In this document: positions 22,717-33,482 of the stretch, piece after piece | Position numbering within the stretch: position 1 is the first letter of the stretch | How the letters are laid out: the number at the start of each line of letters is the position of its first letter | Assembly (NCBI RefSeq): GCF_018350175.1 | Contig: NC_058368.1 | Span: forward strand, 75,890,001-75,954,000 | From: Felis catus | Lineage: Eukaryota | DNA: 64,000 nt | Reading direction: 5' to 3' | The notes under the pieces: generated by a model | The model's input: only the letters and a program-made list of their open reading frames with translations | What the model was told of the DNA's origin: nothing | Database searches by the model: none | Translations under genes and position numbers: made by a program

Positions 22717-25149
22717 AAAAACTTGCAGTGGCTTCTTCTTATTTTAAGAATACAGTTGGGCGTTTTCAATACGGTCTAAAGGTACCTCAAAGTCACCTCT
22801 CCAGCCTTATTTGTGAAATACTCTCTTCTCTGCTTTGAGCCTTTTCTTTTCCTCACAAGAGTCCTCCTTTTGTTTTTTTTGTTTTTTTTTGGTTCTGATT
22901 TTTCACAAATACCATTCCCTCTGCTCGCAACACTCTTTTTCTCTGGCCAACTTGTACATGTTCTTTAGGGTTCTACAGAGACACCACTTCCTCAGAGAAA
23001 CCTCTCAAGGTACCAGGTAACAAAATTGTGTATTTAATTCTCTTCCATTCTCACTGTGCTTACTAATTTGATTTGTATAATGGATGAGATGTAGTGCAAA
23101 GTCTCCTTGGAGGCACTATCATCTATTTGGCTGAGCTCTCAGCTTCCACGATCTAAGTATCTTTATATCTATGCTCTCATTGGGTTCCACCTCTTCTCTC
23201 CTTGGGACTTCTGGTGTTGTCATTCCTTATTAAAGCTATCTGGCTGGTCTGTTTGTCTTTTAACCTGATGTCATTTATATGAAAATACTTTAATGAAGAC
23301 AGGGGATTATATGATTTGTTCTATTGTTTTTATAAGAGCTTCTGAGTTCTGTACCCTGTAAGAGACATACTGGCAATCGCTTCTAACACTCGGTATTTTT
23401 GAAATTTACGTTTCAGAAACCATTCGCTCCCTTTCAAACCTTTGCCCTTTGTTCATACAAAACATATCTAATGTGATAAACAGAAACCGTGAAGCTATTA
23501 TAGCGGGAAACGACAGTTTGCAAGATAGTCATCAAAGACTAGAGGGAACGAAGTACATGATCGTCGATAAGTCTGAAGCGAAAACCAGAAAATGATTTAA
23601 CCAATTTTGAAAATAAAGCTATGTACTATTTTCCATAAGAGTCCTTACAAACTACAGTGGACTTCAAATATCTGGTTTTGGTCTAAAAATGAAACATTTA
23701 GAGGAAATTGATCATCACAGCCTGGTTAAACACAGTTTCTATAATTGCCTGAGATCTACTTCAACATTTCCAATCAAGTAAGCGGAGTGACCAGTGTCAA
23801 CAGGCAGCATTTAAAAAGCCATTTCTTTGCGATTTAGAATACTTTCGCCACCCCCGGGGACATGCTTTGAATCTGGCAAGAACATTAGCTGATCATGCTA
23901 CTCAATCTGACAGCTTCAGATTTTTAACAGGGGAAAAAGGCAGAACTAATGGATGTGAATAAGCTTAAAAGCAAGAGAACTTATCAATCACTGTAAACAG
24001 CTGTATTTTTGGAAGGTAATAGAGGTACTTCTAAAAACATAAAAAGGCAAGAGGTAGTTTTCTGGCAACTAATAATTTCAATCAGGTCTTCCTCGTTTGT
24101 CTCTCTCCCCAGCCCCCCACCTGCCCACCTTCTTTTTTTCACTCAGTATAATATTCTTGTCAGCATTGATTAACGCGAAAACATTCCCTTTACTCATACC
24201 GTGCCACTTTCCAGAAAGGAATAACACAGCATCTAATTTTATGAAAAGATAACTCAAAAGATGAACGAAGCAAATCAAATTATTTAAATGATGATAATCC
24301 ATTTTCTTCCCTTTCTGATTGTATAATGGAGAACTTATACACACAATGCTATCTATAATTGGCACATTACTGGGTAATGACTATAACTATCTTTTTATTC
24401 AACCTCAGGCACATAACATTTTACATATAGATTTCAAAGAGCTTGAAAACACGATTATCTGTTTTGCTTTACAATTATTTCAAAACATGCTACTATTGTA
24501 TTCCTCCGCAGAGGCGCCTGGCCCATTCTTTTCCAGAACAAATTCATTTTAGAAGGGTTCACTAGTGTGACAATGATTGAGGAAGCACAATGAAACCCTG
24601 CTTACGCCACTGGAAAAGTGGAAAACATTTCATTTTATTCTCTAAGGGATTAGGATGGGGCCAAGTCATTAGGCCTGAGAATATTATGAAAAAAAAAAAA
24701 AAAATGTCCTCAGATGGAATCCCCAAGGCTACAAGCCTGATTCAAATACTGCAATGGTCCTCTCTCAAACTGAGAGGGCACTTTTCCATTAACATAGCTC
24801 AACCTTTTTTGGGAGCACTTAAAAGGCATCGGGATAAATTGCCTCCTATGCATCGCATCGACGCACAATGTTGTTTGCAAGGGATAATGCAACACTTAAG
24901 ACACAGTCATGCTCTAATGAATTAACTGTTCGCCACGAGAGCCTAACAGTGTAAGTGCACTTGCGTTAGGATGTGACCCGACCTGGGTATTGTGGGCAGG
25001 ACCACAGGACCATGTGGTTAACTCTACACTTGCTGTGTCTAGGACTTTTTTGGTGGAAGGGAATACTGAGTTTATTTTGAAAAATTCGACTTTTTCTGCA
25101 TAGAGACAGCAAGATTTACATATAAATAGGTAAAGCTGAAACTCAAGTT

Positions 25150-25280
25150 TAATAGCCTAAGTTCTGATGTCAAGCTGCCTGAATTTGAATCTCTGCTCCA
25201 ACATTTGCTAACTATGTGACTCTGGGAAAGATATTTAACCCCAATACCTGTTTTCTCATCCAGAAAAGATTAATAATTGA
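25150..25280 (+). mobile_element. MIR fragment
   Basis: ctgcctgaatttgaatctctgctcc...ctaactatgtgactctgggaaagatatttaacc...gttttctcatc. Confidence 0.7.
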
Positions 25281-25424
25281 TTTTTCAAGTCTTGTAAAAT
25301 ACTGCGTATTTACATTAGGTTTGAATCAGGTCTTCTGGACTTTTTCTACTGGATAATATTCCAAATATTATTTTGGAGCGAGAATCTTTACTATCTGTAA
25401 TGTTTTTAAAAATGCTTTTTTCCT

Positions 25425-25643
25425 GGGGCACCTGGGTGGCTCCGTCAGTGAAGCAACTTCACCTCAGGTCATGATCTCGCAGTTTGTGAGTTCGAGCCCC
25501 GTGTAGGGCTCTGTGCTGACAGCTCAGAGCCTGGAGCCTGCTTCAAATTCTGTGTCTCCCTCTCTCTCTGCTCCTCCCCTGCTCATGCTCTGTCTCTCTC
25601 TCTCTCTCTCCTTCAAAAATAAATAAAAACATCAATTTTTTTT
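25425..25643 (+). mobile_element. Can-SINE
   Basis: ggggcacctgggtggctc head, B-box, (CT)n, tail. Confidence 0.94.
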
Positions 25644-25662
25644 AAAGATTCTTTTTTCCCTA

Positions 25663-25855
25663 CAGGCACCTGAGTGGCTCAGTAGGTTAACTGTCTGGCT
25701 CTTGACTTTGGCTCTGGTCATGATCCCAGGATCGTGAGATCAAGCCCCCAACATCAGACTCCTCACTGAGCATGGAACCTGCTTAAGATTAAGATTCTCT
25801 CTCTCTTCCTCGTCCCCTCTCCCCTGCTCACACCCTCTCTCTAAAAATAAGAAAA
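25663..25855 (+). mobile_element. Can-SINE, older subfamily
   Basis: ggcacctgagtggctcagtaggttaa...ctcttgactttggctc...cctgcttaagatt. Confidence 0.9.
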
Positions 25856-26109
25856 AAAAATGCTTTTTTCCCTAAAAACAAGTCAGAGAGTTTTTCTACT
25901 TAGTAAGGCCATATAAACAGAGCAGCTTTTTTTTTTGACTTTCAAGTAAGCTAGACTTTTCTGATACAAGCTTCACAGACATTACAATTAAGTAACCAAA
26001 ATTCTCAGGCCATCCCCCTAATTCTTATAAACCTTTGTCTCTATCAGATCTAGCTCAGATTTACCCAGAACAAGTTTATCTAGAGTCTCCTTGTCATGAA
26101 GACTGTATC

Positions 26110-26476
26110 CTAGCCAACTGAGGCAAGACTTCCTTGCAGGTTTGATGAAGCAAATCGTCATGTGGGAAAAGTCCTCATGGCAATGAACTCTGGGCACCTT
26201 CTAGGGACTGCAGGCAGATAGATTCTGAATCTAATGAAAACCTCCAACCAGTGAAAGGGTTGATCATACAGCCACAAGGAAATGAATTCTGCCAATGCCA
26301 AAAGAGTTTGGAAGCAGAATCTTCCCCAAACTTCTAGATGAGAACCAGGACGTAGAAACCTGCAAAGCCATGCCCAAGACTCCTGACCAACAGAGGTTAT
26401 GAGCCAATACATGCATTTTATTTTAAGTCATTAAGTTTCTTTGTGATTTTGTTACACCCCAACAGAAATGAATAGA
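26110..26476 (+). mobile_element. MaLR LTR (MLT1F/G-like)
   Basis: catacagccacaaggaaatgaattctgccaa...ttggaagcagaatcttcccca...ttttaagtcattaagttt...ttgttacac. Confidence 0.8.
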
Positions 26477-27699
26477 GTAGGTAGTCAACATGTTTCCTTT
26501 TGCTTGATAACATTCCATCTCTAAATAATTGTTCAGAGTTACATGGTCACACACATACTCTTTATGAAATATTTTCATCAGTAAAATAAACAAACAATAG
26601 AAATGCAAGAACCTTGTGAAGTGTTTGAATTGTAAGTGAACTTACATAGAGAGAAATTCAAAGGTTAATGTATCTTCCATAGTAATGAACATCTCCCTTC
26701 ACCGTTGTTACGGATCTCTAATGTGGTACATTGACCTTCACATGGTCAATTTACACGACTGATTGACCCTTCCCTACTTGTACGAATTCAAGCTATTGTT
26801 TTAGGGAGATTGTTAATCATTAAAATATTACTTACTGATTTTATAAATTACTCTGGAAATATTTGTTTACTATTTCCTGTATAAGATGAAACAATTACTT
26901 CTGAATTATGACTCACTTTCCTCCAAAAGAATAGTAATTTTGCATCTGATTAAGTAGGCCAAAAAAGTAGAAAGAATTAATTTATAAATGCCTATTCAGA
27001 TTCAAATGAATTTATTACTAAAAACAAAAAATTAAGGTGATAAGATTATATTGCAATTATCTGGTCAGTAAGTGATAAAATGCCATTTCTATGCACCCAC
27101 CTGGCCTGTGGATTTTCATTTTTTTTTAAATGTGCCCTCAAGGTTAACAACTGATTTTTGTTAATGATATGATTAATCTGCCTGTGTCTGGCAAAACAGA
27201 CAATTTGCATATCTCACCTCAGCAAAGCTGCTTCCTCTTGAGTTGATCTTTGGTAAATACTTCTCCTAGAAATAAATAAATAAATAAAAAGAAAGAAAAA
27301 AATGATGCGTCTACTGGATAACTACAAAGGAAGTCTTGTGCCCTCAAGGGATCATACCTTGTAGATCGCGTACTTGGTCCTCAGACCAAAAGTATCAATT
27401 GTAGATCTCACTACAAAGATGGGATGCCTTATTGACTGTCATTTCTAACAATATACAAGTTTTTATTGGAATCATATGTATGTAATTTTTATATGTTTAT
27501 AATGTACATAATTTTTATATATGTAACCATATTTAACACCTATACTATATTATATTATAAAGATTTTACAGATACCAGGTTCTCTCTGGTTTCAAGACAG
27601 AACAACGTGTAAGGAGTCACAGATGTAAGAAGCCAGGATAAAAGAAAAAGGAGCAAAGGCATTTTATACACAGAATAAAGTACACAGTCATTTTTTTTT

Positions 27700-27865
27700 G
27701 CTGCCGGATTTTGGACCAGTTACTAAACTGTTCTAAGCCACAATTTACTCAGTTATGAAATAGAGATAATAAAATGATTTACCTCACAAGTCTGTAAATG
27801 AGTTAAAACCTGAAAAATCTTTTGGCCCGGCCTGGTACATAGAAAAAGCTCAATAAATGTTAGCG
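27700..27865 (+). mobile_element. MIR fragment
   Basis: gttactaaactgttctaagccacaattt...atgaaatagagataataa...cctggtacatagaaaaagctcaataaatgttagc. Confidence 0.75.
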
Positions 27866-28428
27866 GCTGTGGAGGGATTTCTACACACTACATATTAGGA
27901 GTTTAGAGGCACTATGCTTAATAGATTAGACATGCTACTTTGCATTGTGCTTGGAAGGTTGAATTGTCTCGTGCAAAGATTTGTATAAATGTGAACCAGG
28001 TGTCTCACACTTATTCAGCCTTCAGGGGTGGGTCATGCTTGCCTTTAATGCCTAAAGAGCAATAGCCCGTGTCCCTTTGTGTATTATGGAAGAAAAATCG
28101 AGTCTTTTATGGGGTTTCTCTCCCCAAGTATTTCTGAGAATCCTTAGAAAATGCTGACATATCCCACAACTTTCTCTGCCATCCTTGCTGCTTGCCCCTC
28201 AGCAAGCCATCTGATTCCAGAAGCCTGTGGTGCTCTTCGACACTCATCCTTCATTTTCTTTGTTCTGGCTTCCTTGGGTAGATACTGCTCCCTCCCACTA
28301 CACGGCCTCAGTTCAAGTTTGGACCTTGTCCTTTAGCCCCCAACAGCACAGCTAAAATCAAGCTTTCACAAAGCATGACTTTACTAGAAGCTTTCGGGAC
28401 ACACAACAGATGTCCATACAGAAAGCAC

Positions 28429-28890
28429 TGCATTAGTCAACTTTCTACCGTCTAACGTTGCTTTATAAACCACCACAAAGCTTGCAGGCTCTCAACAACA
28501 GTCCGTCCTTGCTCCCAGCCCTGCCGGTCGTGGGTGGCTCGGCCAGAGGCTGCTGGGATTGGCTAATTGTGGCTCTAGGATATGACTTAGGTCTAGCTCA
28601 GCTGCCTGTATCTCCTCCTTCCAGGACTTATGGCGCCACAAGGAGCATGTTCTTCTCCTGACAAATGGCAGAAGAACGGGAGGTCAAGACACATCACAGG
28701 AGTTCCCTTGTCTGCTCATATCTTGTCTGCAAAATATCCATTGGCCAAAGCAAGTCAGTCATCAGGACCAGAAGCAACGGCCGAGGGCTCTGCAATCAAC
28801 ATACCCTCCCGGAGCTTGTGCACAGTCACACGACAAAGGGGGTGGAAACGGCATCCTAATAATGAAGAAATGAGGAGCCAGAACCATGAG
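28429..28890 (-). mobile_element. Old MaLR LTR (MLT1I/J-like)
   Basis: tgcattagtca...aaaccaccacaaa...gcatgttcttctcctgacaaatggcagaag...tccattggccaaagcaagtca. Confidence 0.7.
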
Positions 28891-30031
28891 CCGGACATCA
28901 CATATGGCTGCGCTAAGATTTATTGGGTTAAGCCCCACCCACAGAGGTCTTAATAATGGTCATTCTCCCTCCCTACCCCAACTTCTTTTGGCATATTACA
29001 TAGGCCCAATTACCAGTGCAAGTGCCTTTGACAGATTTATTGCCAGAAAGCTATTTGTAGTGTCCAGAGAAGGGTATATGGGTTGCTGGGTAGATTGTTT
29101 CCCAGAAGAAACAGTGTGCCAAGGTGGAACCGTACCGACAATAAAGGAAATCTTCCACAGTGTTAACAGATCATGGCTCATGTTCCATCCCTATTTTTTT
29201 TTTAAACACTGGCATGTTTCTGGGGAAAAAAAATGTTCGCTTTGTTTTTGTAGAACCAAATAACTCATCTGTTTTGTTTTCTCTTTGCCCCCCTCTCCAA
29301 CAAAGGAACAGTGAACACACAGTGGTGAATTCAAGCTAATTCCATGGGAAGAGGCACCTTGTTGGCTGCCTGAATTGGCAGTCTTTCTTGCCTTCCATTC
29401 ATTCTTTCTTTCCTTCCATTCTCATGTCTGAGAAAGATTGAGAGATCTAGTCTCTGTCAGGATTCTCTCCTGCAAAATGCTTCCAGTAATAGATCTGAGG
29501 GTTTCATAAAACCTTGGGGGCAAATAGGCTGCCAGAAGCCAGCAAAGTTAGGTGGAAATAACATACCTGCTCTATGGATGATAACTGCCGACCCTCCTCC
29601 AGTGACGGGAGGATCTTTGCTTTCCTGGGTTCTTCAGGAAATGAGCCCATGCACGGCAAAGTTACTTTCACGGACACGTTGCCGGCACAAAGACATATAA
29701 ACAGAGACACGGGTGGATAAGCAAAGAAGGGTTGCGCTAGAACGGACAATCCTGCAAAGATTAGAAGAGGTTGTTTCCAGAGGAGACGGAGAGGTATTCT
29801 CCATTAAACACAGAGAGCCAAAGGTGAATTCACTTCCCGAGAACACGTTCAAAAGTACCAAGTTGCACTCCCGGCAGCTTATGGGTTCCCAGATTAGCCA
29901 ATTCATGGTGCCTGGGGGTTTGTCTCTCCAGATACTCTCAACCGTACCTGAACCCCTTGGGTGATCACCAGGTCGCCTTTAGCAGAGGATCGCATGAGCC
30001 ACACCCACGTTTGCAGCAAAGCACGATAATT

Positions 30032-30410
30032 TGTATTGATGGGTTTCTTGAGCAAATGGCGGAGAAAGAATTCTTGAGATGTTTTTGGTGCCAAACGGGT
30101 GATTTTATTGAAGCACAGGAAAGAGCTGCACTGGGATTGTGAGGAGTCACTGTATACTTTTAAGTTAGTGGGGGTTAGGGAAAGCAAAAGTCTCTAAGGA
30201 ATTTGGAAGCAAGGCTTTCAGGACCTTGAGGGACTAGCTGCTGTTAATATGAGGTTACTTTTAGTCTTTAATAAAACAAAAACATGAAGGAAGTAAGGCA
30301 GCCATGAGTTGCATGAGGAAGGTCACATTGTACATGTTTCGGGTGTCTATCAGCGGGCTGAAAGCTGCAAGATTTAAGCTACATTTCTCTTGCTTTTGTT
30401 TTCCTCATCA
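30032..30410 (-). mobile_element. Carnivore ERV1-type LTR
   Basis: TG...CA termini; gagaaagaattcttgagatg...ggtgattttattgaagcac (AATAAA on the - strand)...gaaagagctgcactggg. Confidence 0.75.
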
Positions 30411-30519
30411 GTAGTGTATACTAAAAGATATTCAAAGAAGCCAAATTGGGGGAAAAAAAAAAACCAGGATATGAAATACCCAAAGGTTGGAATAAAAGAA
30501 GATAGTTTTATTTTCATTT

Positions 30520-30729
30520 AAAAAAATTTTTTTTAACATTTATTTATTATTGAGAGACAGAGAATGAGCAGGGGAAGGGGCCGAGACAGGGAGACACAGA
30601 CTGTGAAACAGGCTCCAGGCTCTGAGCTGTCAGCACAGAGCCCGACGCGGGTCTCGAACTCACAAACTGTGAGAGCATGACCTGAGCCTAAGTCGGACGC
30701 TCAACTGACTGAGCCACCCAGGTGCCCCC
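30520..30729 (-). mobile_element. Can-SINE
   Basis: Typical reverse body; TSD agttttattttcattt at 30504-30519 and 30762-30777. Confidence 0.95.
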
Positions 30730-31561
30730 CCCTTTTTTTTAAAACTTTTTTTTAACGTTTAAGTTTTATTTTCATTTTGATAGACAGATAAAGGTGAAAA
30801 GATTTATGCTTATACACATATGCACTGGAGACAAAGTCAGGAGTGAATAAGAATAATATTTAAGATTTGAAAATACCAATGGACTAAAAATGAGAATGTG
30901 AAACCTAAAAGTTGAATACTCCATGCAAATTATCAAAAAATACTCTCAGCAAAGCTTAATTTAAATTTTTCTGAGAAAAGCATTTACATTACCCATACAG
31001 TTATATTTATATTGTCTTTTCCCACTCGCAACAAAACAACAAAAGCAGAAAAAATGGATCCTGAGATCATACGGTAAGAGTAAACTCCACAGTGATTTCC
31101 TAAGAGTCTGCCATACTTCTTGGGAAATGAGTAAATAGTTCTTGGCTTCAAAACACAGGAGCCCTTACAAAATGTGTTCCTAAAAGTCTCCCCTGCCACG
31201 TGGTTCAGATCTGCCAGAAACACTGCTCGGGACCAGGCTGGAGGGACAAGGGCAGAGGGAGGCTGGGCAGGAAGCAAGGCTGGGCCCTGAAAAGATCCTT
31301 CAAGTGGCACTGAGGAGGGAGGGTAGGACTGAGGCAAAGAAATAACCTCAGATTTTATTTTACAAAGGCACAGAGATTGCACTTTTCCCTAACAGTGTAG
31401 TTGAGGGAAATGATGTCTGCAGTAGAAAAAGTGGCAATGGAGGTAAAGAAAAATGAAGAGTTTTTAAGTAGGAAAGAACAACAACAACAAAAAAAATCCA
31501 TGTTGTGTTTCTTTGTGTGTTTCTCCAAAAACATACCTTCTTCAAAAATAATACCCATTCA

Positions 31562-31780
31562 GGGGCGTCTGGGTGGCTCAGTCAGTGAAGGGTCTGACTT
31601 CAGCTCAGGTCATGGTTTCACGGTTCATGAGTTCGAGCCCCACGTCGGGCTGTGCTGACAGCTCAGAGCCTGGAGCCTGCTTCGGATTCTGTGTCTCCCT
31701 TTCTTTGTGCCCCTCTCCTGCTCATGCTCTGTCTCTCTCTCTCTCTCTCTCTCAAAATTAAATAAACATTAAAAAATTTA
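31562..31780 (+). mobile_element. Can-SINE
   Basis: ggggcgtctgggtggctcagtcag...(CT)n...aaataaacattaaaaa. Confidence 0.95.
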
Positions 31781-32739
31781 AAAATATATATATTCATAGA
31801 ATAGACCACATGCCTTGGTTTGGCTGTACCAACAGAACACTCAGGGCTCTGAGGGAGTTGGGTGGCCATGACAATGGTTAAGGATTTTCCCTCCCTTCTG
31901 CTGGGGAAACCTTAGTGGGCTGGCTGTTCTGAGAAGCCGGCTAGTGGAGGGCAGTGGTAATTTAGTGGAAATCAACAATTAGTCCTGCCTGGCATCATGA
32001 AAAAAAGTGAAACTGCATAGGAAAATGAAAAGACATAAAGTATGAACTGCAAAACCCAGAAGCAAAGAGGCTGATTTCCCATGGGTTCCCCAAGGGGGTA
32101 CGCAAAGTGCATTTCCATATGCCAGAATCCTCAACATGGCCCGGAGTCTAGCAGGCTGGTGGGATTTTTCCAGTCACCTGCAGAGGCCAAGCTACGTTCC
32201 CCTCCCCTCCAGAGGCAGGGCCGACTATGTGTGATCTGGCCTGTCTACACAGATGTACATCTAATTTGTGTTGTTGAGGGTGTCTGGAGATGTCATGTAA
32301 CGTGTCAGAGCAGTCTCTTCTAAATTGTGTCATTGGACTTTCTGTTCCTGTTCCTCCTGATTTGTCAAAATACGCCTGTTTGACGAGCGCATGTTCCGGT
32401 CACTTTCATTTCCTCCCCCACACTCTTGCTTCTGATTGTTTTCTCCCCTTCATTTCGTTTCTGCAAGCGGAATTCTATTTCCTCACGTGGACCTGTCAAG
32501 AATTTCCAAAATCATTTTTTCCCATTCTAACACAACTTCACATTGAAGCTGGTTTCTCAAATGATCCTCTTTTCGCAATCACGTCTCTTTTCCCTCCTAT
32601 TCTAGCTAGCATTCCTGCTGGAGAACATCAGGTTTCATTGGTGATTGCCATTGACTGTGGACCCAAGGGTCCCTGCGTTGTCCCCTGGGATACTTGAAAC
32701 TAGTCCTTTTATTCAAAGCCATGAGAATATTTTATTTCT

Positions 32740-32967
32740 TTTTTTATTTTTATTTTTTTAATGTTTATTTACTTTTGAGAGAAAGAGAGAGAGAGAGACA
32801 GAGGCATGAGCGGGGGAGGGGCAGAGAGAGAGACACACAGAATCTGAAGCAGGTTCCAGGTTCTGAGCTGTCAGCACAGAGCCTGACGCGGGGCTCGAAC
32901 TCACGAACCGCCAGATCATGACCTGAGCTGAAGTCGGATGCTCAACTGACTGAGCCACCAGGTGCCC
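32740..32967 (-). mobile_element. Can-SINE
   Basis: Perfect 18-bp TSD tgagaatattttatttct at 32722-32739 and 32968-32985. Confidence 0.96.
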
Positions 32968-33268
32968 TGAGAATATTTTATTTCTATAAAAATGTCATCA
33001 ATGTAAGTGAAAATGCATTGCAGAAAGTCTTTCTCACTGTTCTTTGTATGCTTTTTTATAGGTGGAAAATGACAACACATCTCAGAGCATAGTGATTCGT
33101 GTCTTCCATTTAAATTCTTTAGGACAGAAAATATTCTTTGTATATATAGATCACCCACATCTAAAGAAATTCTCGAGTGTGACATCTACTACCCAGTGTG
33201 GCCACACTTAACAGTTCTTCTCCCACATCTAACACAGTGTCTAATATCCTATTAAAAATGGTTTTTCA

Positions 33269-33482
33269 GGGGCGCCTGGGTGGCTCAGTCGGTTGGGCAT
33301 CCGACTTCAGCTCAGGTCATGATCTCACAGCTCGTGAGTTCGAGCCCCGCGTCGGGCTCTGGGCTGACAGCTCAGAGCCTGGAGCCTGCTTCGGATTCTG
33401 TGTCTCCCTCTCTCTCTGACCCTCCCCTGCTCATGCTCTGTCTCTGTCTCAAAAATAAATAAAACATTACAAAAAAATTTTT
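33269..33482 (+). mobile_element. Can-SINE
   Basis: TSD aaatggtttttca on both sides. Confidence 0.96.

Larger units (their letters stand above)
21480..23150 (+). mobile_element. LINE-2 fragment, interrupted by an MLT1 and a SINE
   Basis: gactctcacgtttatatctccagccca, caaacatggcatgtcaaaaatgaac, caatcaccaagtcctgttgagtctacctcc, aaagcaaatccgatcac, caccacttcctcagagaaacct. Confidence 0.75.

Noticed and set aside
24941..24969. Imperfect palindrome cctaac...aagtgcactt...gttagg, a possible miRNA hairpin
   Set aside because: Stem too short and interrupted for a pre-miRNA; expected by chance in 64 kb.
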